A stretch of 64,000 nucleotides of DNA, taken from the NCBI GenBank assembly GCA_963674755.2, contig CAXXVS010000003.1, positions 2,656,001-2,720,000 of the forward strand, read 5' to 3'. This DNA comes from Desulfobacterales bacterium (GTDB lineage: Bacteria; Desulfobacterota; Desulfobacteria; Desulfobacterales; UBA5852). How positions within the stretch are numbered: the first letter of the stretch is position 1; each line of letters starts with the position of its first letter. This document shows, in pieces, positions 1 to 9,534 of the stretch. Below the pieces are notes generated by a model. It was not told the origin of the DNA, did not search any database, and saw nothing but the letters and a program-made list of their open reading frames with translations. Made by a program: the position numbers and the translations under genes.

Positions 1-102
1 GACTGGCCCTTCGGGGCGGCCATCAGCATGGGCCTCATGGTGCTCACCATGATCGGGCTGCACATCTACCGGCGCAAGGGCAAGGAGATCGAATACGTAT
101 GA
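1..102 (+). CDS. potB: Polyamine ABC transporter permease (PotB-like), 3' end only
   Basis: Frame 1 reads DWPFGAAISMGLMVLTMIGLHIYRRKGKEIEYV*, a typical PotB C-terminus; stop overlaps the potC start (ATGA). Confidence 0.8.
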   Translation, partial: DWPFGAAISMGLMVLTMIGLHIYRRKGKEIEYV

Positions 103-899
103 GACGCAATCACCTGATCACGGTTACCCTGTCCCTGATGACCATGGCATTTTTGTATCTGCCCTTGATCGGGGTGGCCGTCTTTTCCGTCAACAGTGCC
201 CGGCGGGGGCTGGTCTGGAAGGGGTTCACCCTGAGTTGGTACACCAAGCTCTTCGAGAACGAGTGGATCTTGGAGGCGGCCTGGAACACCCTGGTGCTGG
301 CCCTGGTTTCGACGGTCATCGCGACGGTTCTGGGGACGATCCTGGCCATCGGCATGGACCGCTTCCCCTGGAGCAAGCGCACCAACGGCTTTCTCGATAT
401 CATTCTCCACATCCCCGTGGTCATCCCGGACATCATCTTGGCCGCCGCTCTGGTGGTGGCCTTCGGTCTGCTGCGGGTGGTTTCCTCGATTTTTGAACCG
501 GGACTGATCAACATGATCATCGGACACATCACCTTCCAACTGGCTTTCGTGGCGCTGGTGGTGCGCAGCCGCCTGGTGGCCATCGGCAGCGAGGTGGAGG
601 AAGCCGCCCGGGATCTTTTCGCCAGCAACTGGTATCTTCTGCGCAAGGTCATGCTGCCCCTGCTCATGCCCGGCATCATTGCCGGCGGCATGCTGGCCTT
701 TACGCTTTCGCTGGATGATTTTGTGATCAGCTTTTTTACGGCCGGCCCTGAATCCCAGACCCTGCCGCTCTTCATTTTTGCCGCCGTGCGACGCGGGGTG
801 ACGCCCCAGATTCATGCCCTGTCTACCCTGGTCATGTTGATTACGGTCGTGCTGGTGGTGGCGACCGAACGATTTACGCGCAGTAAGGAGAAAGAATAA
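99..899 (+). CDS. potC: Polyamine ABC transporter permease PotC
   Basis: FLYLP, EEAARDL (EAA loop), FTLSLDDF and TLPL motifs; multiple TM helices. Confidence 0.9.
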   Translation: MRRNHLITVTLSLMTMAFLYLPLIGVAVFSVNSARRGLVWKGFTLSWYTKLFENEWILEAAWNTLVLALVSTVIATVLGTILAIGMDRFPWSKRTNGFLDIILHIPVVIPDIILAAALVVAFGLLRVVSSIFEPGLINMIIGHITFQLAFVALVVRSRLVAIGSEVEEAARDLFASNWYLLRKVMLPLLMPGIIAGGMLAFTLSLDDFVISFFTAGPESQTLPLFIFAAVRRGVTPQIHALSTLVMLITVVLVVATERFTRSKEKE

Positions 900-916
900 C
901 AACGGGCGCACCGGAC

Positions 917-972
917 ATCGCGATCGGGATCGCCATCGAAAATTCGATTCCGATAGCGATTTCGATTTGGAT
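917..972. repeat. Palindromic hexamer array (ATCGNN)4...(NNCGAT)4-5
   Basis: atcgcg atcggg atcgcc atcgaa aa ttcgat tccgat agcgat ttcgat ttggat. Confidence 0.7.
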
Positions 973-1042
973 GGGATATTATGCGTTGATTTTTACGAGG
1001 GAGAGGCAATCACAGGCAACCTGATAGGGAAGGAGAAGGAAG

Positions 1043-2092
1043 ATGCGCAAGTTGACGCTGTTCGTGGTGGTTCTGGCATTGTTGGCCGTACCGTTGGCGG
1101 CCGTCGCCGAAGAGCTCAGGATCTTCACCTGGTCGGAGTACATGGACGAGGAGAAAATGCCGGCGGACTTCGAGGCCAAGTACGGCATCAAGGTCCGGCT
1201 CGACATTTACGAAAATAACGAGGAAATGGTGGCCAAGCTCCAGGCCGGCGGCGTGAGCCAGTACGACATCATCGTGCCGTCGGACTACATCATGCCGGTG
1301 CTGATCAATCAGCACCTCATCCAGCCCCTGGACCACTCCAAAATCCCCAATCTGAAAAACCTCAAACCGATTTTCCGCAACACCACCTATGATCCCGGCA
1401 ACAAGTATTCCGTGGCCTACCAGTGGGGCACGGTGGGTCTGATGTATCGCAAGGACAAGGTTTCGGAAGACGCTGTCAAGTCCTGGTCGGTGCTCTTCGA
1501 CCCTGCCAAGCAGCCCGGGCCCTTCTGGCTCATCGATTCGGTGCGCGAGATGATGGGGATTGCGCTGCTTTACGAAGGCTACGATTTCAACAGCACCGTT
1601 CCCAAAGAGTTGAAGGCCGCCGCCGACATGCTGGTGGCCACCAAAAAGACCGCGGACTGCCTGGGCTTCAAGCCCGGTGTGGGCGGCAAGAACGATGTCG
1701 TGGCCGGTACGGCCGTAGCGGCCATCGTCTACAACGGGGATGCCATTCAGTCGGTGACGGAAAACCCGGACGTGCTGGGCTTCACGATTCCCAAAGAGGG
1801 CAGCGAGATCTGGTACGATTCCATGTGCATCCCGGCCAAGGCGCCCAACCCGGATGCGGCCCTCAAGTGGATCAACTGGATCCTGGATCCCAAGGTGGGG
1901 GCGGAGCTCTCCAACTACAACCAGTATGCCACCCCCAATGCCGCGGCCGAGCAGTACATTACGCCCGAAGATCTTCAGAATCCGGGCATCTATCCCACCC
2001 CGGAGGTTATGGAAAAGCTGCACTTCACCAAGGATCTGGGGAAAGAAAATCGTATCATGGATGAAGCCTGGACCCGGGCCAAGTCCCACTGA
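1043..2092 (+). CDS. potD: Spermidine/putrescine ABC substrate-binding protein
   Basis: Signal peptide; WSEY, NEEM, YDIIVPSDY, YQWGT and PKEG motifs. Confidence 0.9.
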   Translation: MRKLTLFVVVLALLAVPLAAVAEELRIFTWSEYMDEEKMPADFEAKYGIKVRLDIYENNEEMVAKLQAGGVSQYDIIVPSDYIMPVLINQHLIQPLDHSKIPNLKNLKPIFRNTTYDPGNKYSVAYQWGTVGLMYRKDKVSEDAVKSWSVLFDPAKQPGPFWLIDSVREMMGIALLYEGYDFNSTVPKELKAAADMLVATKKTADCLGFKPGVGGKNDVVAGTAVAAIVYNGDAIQSVTENPDVLGFTIPKEGSEIWYDSMCIPAKAPNPDAALKWINWILDPKVGAELSNYNQYATPNAAAEQYITPEDLQNPGIYPTPEVMEKLHFTKDLGKENRIMDEAWTRAKSH

Positions 2093-2142
2093 GACAACAA
2101 CGGCGCGTCGGTGATCGGCTGACCGGCCGTTGGTAAGCCCTG

Positions 2143-2179
2143 CAAGGCCTGATTCCGTACGCGAATCAGGCCTTGTTTT
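2143..2179 (+). terminator. Stem-loop with short T-run between potD and aguA
   Basis: caaggcctgattc-cgtacgc-gaatcaggccttg-tttt. Confidence 0.55.
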
Positions 2180-2194
2180 CAGAGGATTGAAGCG

Positions 2195-3310
2195 ATGGCG
2201 CAGACCTTCCCAAAACAAACACCCCGCGGCGACGGGTTCCGCATGCCGGGTGAATTCGAGCCCCATGCCGGCTGCTGGATCCTGTGGCCCGAGCGGAGCG
2301 ACAACTGGCGCTTGGGGGCCAAACCGGCCCAAAATTGCTTTGTGGCGGTGGCCACGGGCATTGCCCGTTTCGAGCCTGTGACCGTAGGGGTTACCCGAGC
2401 CCATTTCGAAGATGCCCGTCACCAGCTTCCCGACCATATCCGGCTCGTGGAGATGACCCATGACGATGCCTGGATGCGCGACGTGGGGCCGACCTTTGTG
2501 GTCAACGACGCCCGGGGATTGCTGCGCGGGATCGACTGGGAGTTCAACGCCTGGGGCGGCCTGGCCGGCGGGCTCTATTTCCCCTGGCACGACGACGATC
2601 TCGTGGCCGGCAAGGTGCTGGAGATCGAGCGGACCGACGGCTACCGGGCGCCCCTGGTCCTGGAAGGCGGTTCGATCCATGTGGACGGGGAGGGGACATT
2701 GCTCACCACCGAGGAGTGTCTTCTCAATCCGAACCGGAATCCTGCGCTCTCAAGAAGCGCAATCGAAGCCCATTTGCGGGACTACCTGAATGTAGAGCGC
2801 ATCATCTGGCTGCCCCGAGGCGTTTATATGGACGAAACCGACGGCCATGTGGACAACCTGTGCTGCCTGGCCCGGCCCGGGGTCGTGCTGCTCACCTGGA
2901 GCGACGACCCCGAGGATCCGGTCTACAAGATCTGCCGGGAGGCCCATGCGATCCTCTCCCGGGAGTGCGACGCCCGGGGGCGGGCCTTCGAAATCCAGCC
3001 TGTCCATCAGCCCGGCCCGCTGTTCATGACCGAAGAAGAAAGCATCGGGCTGTCCTATTCCCGTTCAGCCAAACCGCGGCGCCCGGGGGACCGGCTGGCG
3101 GGCTCCTACATCAATTTCTACATCGCTAACGGCGGGGTGGTGATGCCGCTGTTCGACGATCCCCACGACGCGACAGCCCTGGAAACCGTGCAGGCCTGTT
3201 TTCCAGAGCGAGAGGTGGTGGGGGTGCCGGCCCGGGAGATCCTCCTGGGGGGCGGCAACATCCACTGCATCACCCAACAACAGCCGGCCGTATCAAATTA
3301 TCGAACGTAA
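2195..3310 (+). CDS. aguA: Agmatine deiminase
   Basis: [39 protein letters not shown] and [13 protein letters not shown]. Confidence 0.95.
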   Translation: MAQTFPKQTPRGDGFRMPGEFEPHAGCWILWPERSDNWRLGAKPAQNCFVAVATGIARFEPVTVGVTRAHFEDARHQLPDHIRLVEMTHDDAWMRDVGPTFVVNDARGLLRGIDWEFNAWGGLAGGLYFPWHDDDLVAGKVLEIERTDGYRAPLVLEGGSIHVDGEGTLLTTEECLLNPNRNPALSRSAIEAHLRDYLNVERIIWLPRGVYMDETDGHVDNLCCLARPGVVLLTWSDDPEDPVYKICREAHAILSRECDARGRAFEIQPVHQPGPLFMTEEESIGLSYSRSAKPRRPGDRLAGSYINFYIANGGVVMPLFDDPHDATALETVQACFPEREVVGVPAREILLGGGNIHCITQQQPAVSNYRT

Positions 3311-3361
3311 TCTTAAGCGGGAGCGGCTTGTTACGCTCCGCTGAAAGAGATTGTAAACGCA

Positions 3362-3982
3362 TTATTGCTTTTTCAGTAAAGGCCGTTTCAGCTCAAATAG
3401 TTCTCGTGTATATGAATAATAATCGCCACCCATCTTCCCTACTGCATCAAGGAATTTGGGATTAATCGATCTATTGAGAAAAATTCTATCATCAATATGG
3501 ATGCCGATGACATCAAGCAGCATCAATTTGCCGCCTCTGATTGAATCCGAAATGGAGATCACTTCCTTCAATCGGCATTCATAGCGTACTTTTGAATCTT
3601 TTACGCCAAGGGGAGAAACTGATACGCTGTGCACTTGTTCGACTCCGGCAATCGAAAACTCGCTGGCATCATGGGGATAGTCAGCACAGGTTATATTCAT
3701 TTTATCCACTTGTTCGGAGCTGACGATGTTGACAACACATTCCTTTGTTTCTTGTAGATTAATGAGCGTATCCTTTGCCAAACGATCCATAGGTGTTATA
3801 TGGGTGATACTAAGAACTGGCGGATTACAACTGGCGACCGTGAAAAAAGAGTAGGGAGCGAGGTTCATCACCCCTTTTGAACTCTGCGAACTTATCCAAG
3901 CGATGGGACGTGGACAAACACCTCCGATCAGGAGGTGATAAATTTCCTGTGATGTATCTATTTTTGCAATCTCCAAGAACAA
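3362..3982 (-). CDS. Flavin reductase (DIM6/NTAB-type) family protein, AT-rich
   Basis: PRPIAWISS, NLAPYSFF, KDTL.N and VGKMGG.YY; probable TTG start 7 nt after AGGAG. Confidence 0.85.
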   Translation of the reverse strand: MFLEIAKIDTSQEIYHLLIGGVCPRPIAWISSQSSKGVMNLAPYSFFTVASCNPPVLSITHITPMDRLAKDTLINLQETKECVVNIVSSEQVDKMNITCADYPHDASEFSIAGVEQVHSVSVSPLGVKDSKVRYECRLKEVISISDSIRGGKLMLLDVIGIHIDDRIFLNRSINPKFLDAVGKMGGDYYSYTRELFELKRPLLKKQ

Positions 3983-4560
3983 GGCTGTTCTCCTTTTAAC
4001 AAATACTATTTTTCTTAAATCAGTGAATAAAAGTAGCAAAATATGCTACCTTAAAGTTCACCTCCTTATCTTCAATAGAACTCGTAAATCACGTGAGAAT
4101 AAGTTAAACAAATATGAAATATTTCTTGATTAGCTAGATCACAACAGATGTTACATAGCCAACAAATAGACTCGTATTGCCTAGGGAAGTATACCCTTTA
4201 TTTAAGTTGTCGGAATTTGAAAGCGGCCCTCGCGGTTTCATTGGCATTGGCAGCTAACAAGGAATCTAATGATACATCTTGATCTATTTGAACAAGCGAC
4301 TGGGCCAGACGAGGTTTAATCCAAGTATAGATAAATTACCAATTCGATTGATTTGTTTGGCGTGACACATAGACATGTTGGCAATGAACATCTAAGAGAT
4401 TATTCCGCCCGAGAGATGTTCGCAAACCGTCAAAGCCCGTAGCATTCAGCTGCATAGTACCTACTTTGAGTTGGATATTCCCGGTTACGGCACTGATCAG
4501 ACCGATGCAGCCCTATCAGTTCGCCCTAAGCCATTCCATTTAGTATTGGTGAAAAGCTCG

Positions 4561-5382
4561 TCAGGATTTTGAGAGGAAATCCATTACGGCAGCAGAAAAT
4601 TTTTCTTCCTGCTCCAGATTGGATAGATGGGCGGCATCCAATTCAACGAATTCGGCACCGGCAATTGCTTCCACTAGAAAACGACCATCCGACGGCGGTG
4701 TCGCCGGGTCGGCGCTGCCCGATATGACAAGGGTTGGTGCCTTGATATGGCCGATACGGTCGCGCAGATCCACCTCGCGGATGGCGAGGCAGCTTGCAGC
4801 ATATCCTTCGGCAGGCGTATCCACAAGCATCCTATGTAGCGCGTCTGCCAGCTCGGGTCTGGCCTTGGCGAATCCAGGTGTCAACCAGACCGACAGCACT
4901 TTGTCAGCGATCGCCGATAGACCGTCCTGGCGGACGATTTGAACACGCGAGGTCCAGTTGTCAGGCGGCCCGATATAAGCCGCCGTGTTGGCCAGGACCA
5001 GTTTGTCAATGCGATCGGCGTGGTCCAAGGCGAGGCACATGCCCGTCAGGCCACCCATCGACAGGCCGCAGAAAGAAAAGCGGTCGATTTGCAGATGATC
5101 CACAAGTGAGATGATGTCGTTCCCCAACTGTGCAAGCGTATAAGGCCCTGAAGGGACCGATGAACGGCCGTGGCCCCGCGTGTCGTAGCAGACGACACGA
5201 TACCGGGCTGTGAGTCGTTTGATCTGGGGCTCCCACATTTTCATATTGGTTCCAAGGGAATTGGATAATACGATCACAGGGCGTGACTCATCGCCATGCA
5301 GTTCGTGGTGCAGACGCACTTCAGGTAACTGTGCAAAAAGTGAAGGCATGGTGGGCAGGTTCCTTTCTGCTTCGGATGTCAT
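4561..5382 (-). CDS. pcaD: 3-oxoadipate enol-lactonase
   Basis: LSNSLGT, YDTRGHG, CGLSMGG nucleophile elbow, AAHLSN.E. Confidence 0.9.
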   Translation of the reverse strand: MTSEAERNLPTMPSLFAQLPEVRLHHELHGDESRPVIVLSNSLGTNMKMWEPQIKRLTARYRVVCYDTRGHGRSSVPSGPYTLAQLGNDIISLVDHLQIDRFSFCGLSMGGLTGMCLALDHADRIDKLVLANTAAYIGPPDNWTSRVQIVRQDGLSAIADKVLSVWLTPGFAKARPELADALHRMLVDTPAEGYAASCLAIREVDLRDRIGHIKAPTLVISGSADPATPPSDGRFLVEAIAGAEFVELDAAHLSNLEQEEKFSAAVMDFLSKS

Positions 5383-5385
5383 ATG

Positions 5386-5682
5386 TCACAGATAATTTTG
5401 TCCGGCCAGATAGGCTTTGCGCCAGCGCACGATAGTGATACGCTCAAACAAGCCGGCCTTGAAAAAGGGGTCGGCGGCGATAAAAGCTTCGGCTTCTTTG
5501 CGGGTGTCGACATCCAGAATATAGATGCCGCCGCCGGCATCGGCACCGCCGTCTTCGAGCTTGGCGCCGCAGGCGAGCAGTTTGTCCTTGTTTTCCTCCA
5601 GAAAGACGAGATGTTCGGGCCGCACGTCTCGACGCATCTGCCTGTGGTCAGGCTTGTCGAAAGTTTCGATAAGAAAAGGCAT
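5386..5682 (-). CDS. yciI: YciI family protein
   Basis: DKP...R...RPEHL and ADPF motifs, 98 aa. Confidence 0.85.
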   Translation of the reverse strand: MPFLIETFDKPDHRQMRRDVRPEHLVFLEENKDKLLACGAKLEDGGADAGGGIYILDVDTRKEAEAFIAADPFFKAGLFERITIVRWRKAYLAGQNYL

Positions 5683-5703
5683 CGGTTATTCTCCAAGACG
5701 TCT

Positions 5704-5988
5704 TCAATTGTCGGCGATCGCTGACGGATGTTGGGCCAGCGGAATGACACTGATTTGCATGAACGGGAAAAGCGGCAGCGCGCTGATCAGGTCGTGCAGT
5801 TCATCGTGCGTGCTCACATCAAATACACTGTAATTGGCATACTGACCGGCGACACGCCACAAATGGCGCCATTTTCCCTCACGCTGCAGTCGCTGGGCCA
5901 TTTCCTTCTCCTTGCGTTTGAGTTCTTCGGCGGCATCCTGATCGAGATCGTTTGGAATCTCAACGTTCATATGGACTAGATAAAGCAC
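5704..5988 (-). CDS. catC: Muconolactone delta-isomerase
   Basis: GKWRHLWRVAGQYANYSVFDV and LPLFPFM.I.V.PLA.HPS; GTG start after AAGGAGGA. Confidence 0.92.
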   Translation of the reverse strand: MLYLVHMNVEIPNDLDQDAAEELKRKEKEMAQRLQREGKWRHLWRVAGQYANYSVFDVSTHDELHDLISALPLFPFMQISVIPLAQHPSAIADN

Positions 5989-6050
5989 GGCATCCTCCTT
6001 TTTGTCGGGATGAAAAAGCAGTCGCCGGCAGTGTTGCTGCCGGCGTAGCG

Positions 6051-7322
6051 TTACGCGGACAGCGATTCGACAACGGCTGCAATGCCGTGGCCGCCGCCGC
6101 CGCAAATGGTTTCAAGGCCGTATGTGCCACCGCGCCTTCGCAGCTCGTACAACAGGGTCACCAGCCGCATGGTGCCGGTGGCTGCAATTGGATGACCCAG
6201 GGATATGCCGGAGCCGTTGACGTTCACCTTGGCGTCGCAGTCAGCTGCCGAAAGGCCCATCAGTTTGGCATCGGCCAGCACCTGGGCGGCAAACGCTTCC
6301 TGAATTTCGATCAGGTCTATCCGGTCAATCCCCATGTCGATGCGTTCCAGCGCTTTGGTTACCGAAGCCGGAACGGCCGGATAGGTCAGGGTCGGATCCG
6401 AGGCGGCAACCGCAAAGGAGAGAAGCCTTGCCATGGGCTGAAGGCCGAGCTGACGGGCCTTCTCGGCGGACATCATCAGCACCGCGGCGGCCCCGTCGTT
6501 TTCCGTGGAGGAATTTCCCGCTGTGCAGATGCCGTCGGGATAAACGGTGCGAAGGCGCGCTAGCTTTTCGATGTTCGTGTCGGGCCGTGGCGGTTCATCC
6601 TGATCCACGATCAGGTCCGCTCCTTTTTTCTGGGGAAGGTTCAGCGGGACGATCTCGTCCTTGAATCGGCCCGCAGCGATCGCTGCACAGGCCTTCTGAT
6701 GGCTGCCAAGCGCCCATTGGTCGGCGTCTTGCCGCGAGATGCCCTCCTGGGCAGCGGCGGCTTCGGCCCAGCTCATCATGGAGTTGAGTTCGCCGAACCG
6801 TTCGACGGGCTGCGACATGACCCGGGCGCGCTGGATCCGGTCAAACATGGGGATTCCCCACATGGGAAGAGCTCCGTGGCCCTTGGGCATCAACCCCCAT
6901 TTGGGATCGACCTTTCCCCCCATGCCCCATTTGATCAGTTCTCCGGGAATATAAAATTCGGCGCGACTCATGCTTTCGATGCCGCCGGCCACGATGACGT
7001 CGGCATAGCCGCTCATGATTTTCATCGCGCCGAAGCAGATGGCATCCAGCCCGCTGCAGCATCGCCGGTCCAGCGTGATGCCCGGAATTTCCACGGGCCA
7101 GTCGGCCGTTAGCAGCGCCATGCGGGCCACGTTGACCGACTCGCCGTTCTGGTAGGATTGGCCCACGATGACGTCATCGACGTCGGTAGGGGAAACGCCG
7201 GCGCGGGTGACCACGGCATCGAGGACCCGGGCCCCCAGCTTATAGGCGGGGATATCTTTCAGGCCTCCCAGATAACTTCCGATGGGGGTTCGGGCGGCCG
7301 ATACGATAACGATCTCTTGCAT
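6051..7322 (-). CDS. Thiolase (acetyl-CoA C-acyltransferase)
   Basis: ARTPIG, RRCCSG, QEAF, GHPIAATG and ICGGGG motifs; start re-called at MQEIVIV. Confidence 0.92.
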   Translation of the reverse strand: MQEIVIVSAARTPIGSYLGGLKDIPAYKLGARVLDAVVTRAGVSPTDVDDVIVGQSYQNGESVNVARMALLTADWPVEIPGITLDRRCCSGLDAICFGAMKIMSGYADVIVAGGIESMSRAEFYIPGELIKWGMGGKVDPKWGLMPKGHGALPMWGIPMFDRIQRARVMSQPVERFGELNSMMSWAEAAAAQEGISRQDADQWALGSHQKACAAIAAGRFKDEIVPLNLPQKKGADLIVDQDEPPRPDTNIEKLARLRTVYPDGICTAGNSSTENDGAAAVLMMSAEKARQLGLQPMARLLSFAVAASDPTLTYPAVPASVTKALERIDMGIDRIDLIEIQEAFAAQVLADAKLMGLSAADCDAKVNVNGSGISLGHPIAATGTMRLVTLLYELRRRGGTYGLETICGGGGHGIAAVVESLSA

Positions 7323-7378
7323 GATGAAAACTCCCTGTAGTCGGCGTCCGCGAACCGCTGGCACCGGCGATAGCATAT

Positions 7379-8053
7379 TTATTGGAGGTACTCCGTCAGA
7401 TCCGCACTCACCTCGAAGTCGGCCTCGGTTTGCCGACGAAGGGTCTCCAGATCGACGCCCGGAAAGATTTCGACCAAGGTTAGCTTTTTGTCAATGAACC
7501 GGAATACGGCCAGTTCGGTGACGATCATGTCGGCCTCTCCGTAGCCGGTCACCGGCAAAGAGCATGAGCGGACGATTTTCGGCTTGCCCTTTCCGGTGCG
7601 GTGAATCATGGCGACAATCACCTGGCCGGCCCCACTGACAAGGTCCATAGCGCCGCCGACCCCGAGCTGCCGGCCGTTTGGAATCACCCAGTTGGCGATA
7701 TTGCCATCGGCGTCCACCTGGAAGGCTCCGATAACGGTGGCATTCACATGGCCGCCGCGGATCATGCCGAAGGATTCGGCACTGTCAAAGTAGCAGCAGC
7801 CTGGCGTTTGCGTTACCGGTTCGCGGCCGGCGTTGATGAGCAAAGGATCAATTTCAGTTTCCACGGCCTTGCGCCCCACACCCAGCATCCCGTTTTCCGC
7901 CTGGATGAAAACGAGTTCAGAGCGGATGTAGTTGGCCACCATCGTGGGAATGCCAACGCCGAGATTGATAATCATCCTTTGTTGCGAATGATTGAATTCG
8001 CGGGCGATGCGTTTGGCAATGCGCGTTCTCTCTTCAATCTCAGGCGTCGGCAT
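7379..8053 (-). CDS. 3-oxoacid CoA-transferase subunit B
   Basis: NLGVGIPT, AENG catalytic Glu, MIRGGH, GGAMDL. Confidence 0.92.
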   Translation of the reverse strand: MPTPEIEERTRIAKRIAREFNHSQQRMIINLGVGIPTMVANYIRSELVFIQAENGMLGVGRKAVETEIDPLLINAGREPVTQTPGCCYFDSAESFGMIRGGHVNATVIGAFQVDADGNIANWVIPNGRQLGVGGAMDLVSGAGQVIVAMIHRTGKGKPKIVRSCSLPVTGYGEADMIVTELAVFRFIDKKLTLVEIFPGVDLETLRRQTEADFEVSADLTEYLQ

Positions 8054-8717
8054 GGGGAGGCTTCCTTTCGATGATGTAATCGACATACAGGTGCGGCGTT
8101 ACGATGCACTCCGGATCCAGCGCCCCGGCCGGGAGCACCTCTTCCACCTCGACGATGGTGACTTTGGCCGCCATGGCCATCAGCGGGTTGAAGTTGCGGG
8201 CGGTCTTGTAGTAGGTCAGATTTCCCAGCGCATCAGCCCGGTAAGCCCATATCAAGGCCACATCGGCATACAGCGCCTTTTCCAGCAGGCAGGTACGGCC
8301 GTTGAAAACCCGTGTCTCCTTGCCTTCGGCCAGGTCGGTGCCCACACCGGTGGGCGTAAAGAAGGCCGGAATGCCTACCCCGCCGGCGCGAATCGCCTCT
8401 GCAAAAGTTCCCTGGGGTAGAAGGGTCACGTCGATTTTCTTGCTGAAATAGGCCTCCGGGACCTCAGGGTTCCAGTTGTAGTAATTGCCCACAAGCGCTT
8501 TGATCTGCCCGTTTCTCAGCAGGCGCCCCAGGCCCTTGCCAGGGGTTCCCAGGTCGTTGGAGATGATGGTCAGATCCTTGGCGCCCGAATCGACCAGAGC
8601 CTGGATTAGCAGGGCCGGTAGCCCTGACATGCCGAAGTTGCCGATCATGATTCGATTGCCGGATTCTACGGCCCCTATGGCCTCCTGCAATCCCACGATT
8701 TTCGATGGATGTTTCAT
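8040..8717 (-). CDS. 3-oxoacid CoA-transferase subunit A
   Basis: PQGTFAEAIRAGGVGIPAFFTPTGVGT and ARNFNPLMA. Confidence 0.92.
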   Translation of the reverse strand: MKHPSKIVGLQEAIGAVESGNRIMIGNFGMSGLPALLIQALVDSGAKDLTIISNDLGTPGKGLGRLLRNGQIKALVGNYYNWNPEVPEAYFSKKIDVTLLPQGTFAEAIRAGGVGIPAFFTPTGVGTDLAEGKETRVFNGRTCLLEKALYADVALIWAYRADALGNLTYYKTARNFNPLMAMAAKVTIVEVEEVLPAGALDPECIVTPHLYVDYIIERKPPHADA

Positions 8718-8747
8718 TGTTCTCCTCATTACGATTCAGCCAAGGAC

Positions 8748-9428
8748 TTACGCTTCAATGGCAATGGCCCGTATCGGCGAGCCGCTGGCGCCCTTGATTT
8801 TAAGGGGAAGTCCGATGAACTGAAACCGGCTCTCCCTAAGCTCGCCCAGGTGGGCGAGGTTTTCAATGATCGGTATTTCATTCTCGACCAGCAGGAACAT
8901 GTGCACGGGGCGCGCCATGTCGTCGGACCCGGTTTCCAGAATACCCATGTCGGTTCCGATGGCCTTGACACCGTTTTCGATCAAGAAATTGGCCCCGGAA
9001 AGGGAAAGGCCCCTAGCGTGGTGATAATCGCCCTCGCCCCATTCGCCTTTCCAGCAGCGCACGATGGCGATATCGCCGGTTTTTAAGGCCAGTCCCTTGC
9101 GGGCAAGATAGGCCTTGATCATCTCCGCATCGATCGGCTGGTCGAGGCCCTTGTCGCTGACATCGACTAGAATCCCATCCCCCATCATGTTATCGAGAGG
9201 GACAGCCTCCACGGTTTTACCCTCAGGATCGAAATGGAACGGTGCATCCACATGGGTCCCCATGTGATCGGAAGTGAGAATGAGCATTGATGCATAGCCG
9301 ACGCAGGGCGGGATATACCTCGGTGCCGAGAAACTGTGGGTAACCGCATCCATCATCGTCATTTTGGGATGGGTAGGAAACGAACGAAAACCGTCATACA
9401 ACTCAATGGTCAGATCGACGATCCGCAT
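8748..9428 (-). CDS. Cyclase family (kynurenine formamidase-like) metal hydrolase
   Basis: HMGTHVDAPFH metal motif, IIENL, GASGSPIRAIA. Confidence 0.9.
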   Translation of the reverse strand: MRIVDLTIELYDGFRSFPTHPKMTMMDAVTHSFSAPRYIPPCVGYASMLILTSDHMGTHVDAPFHFDPEGKTVEAVPLDNMMGDGILVDVSDKGLDQPIDAEMIKAYLARKGLALKTGDIAIVRCWKGEWGEGDYHHARGLSLSGANFLIENGVKAIGTDMGILETGSDDMARPVHMFLLVENEIPIIENLAHLGELRESRFQFIGLPLKIKGASGSPIRAIAIEA

Positions 9429-9534
9429 TTTGAAACCCTCCGCCTGTTTGGCCGGTGGCAGCGCCACCGGCCAAATGGATTGTCTCCCTGAGGCTGCGCC
9501 TCCAGAGACGGTTTTTATTGGATTCCCGATTTTT

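Noticed and set aside
1010..2680. Long antisense ORFs (also 38483-39865, 40817-42244, 43125-44861, 46575-48308)
   Set aside because: Shadows of high-GC3 genes on the opposite strand; no motifs.
4056..4068. 16S rRNA 3' end (CACCTCCTT; also near 32490)
   Set aside because: No flanking rRNA sequence; it is just the reverse complement of an SD-like motif.
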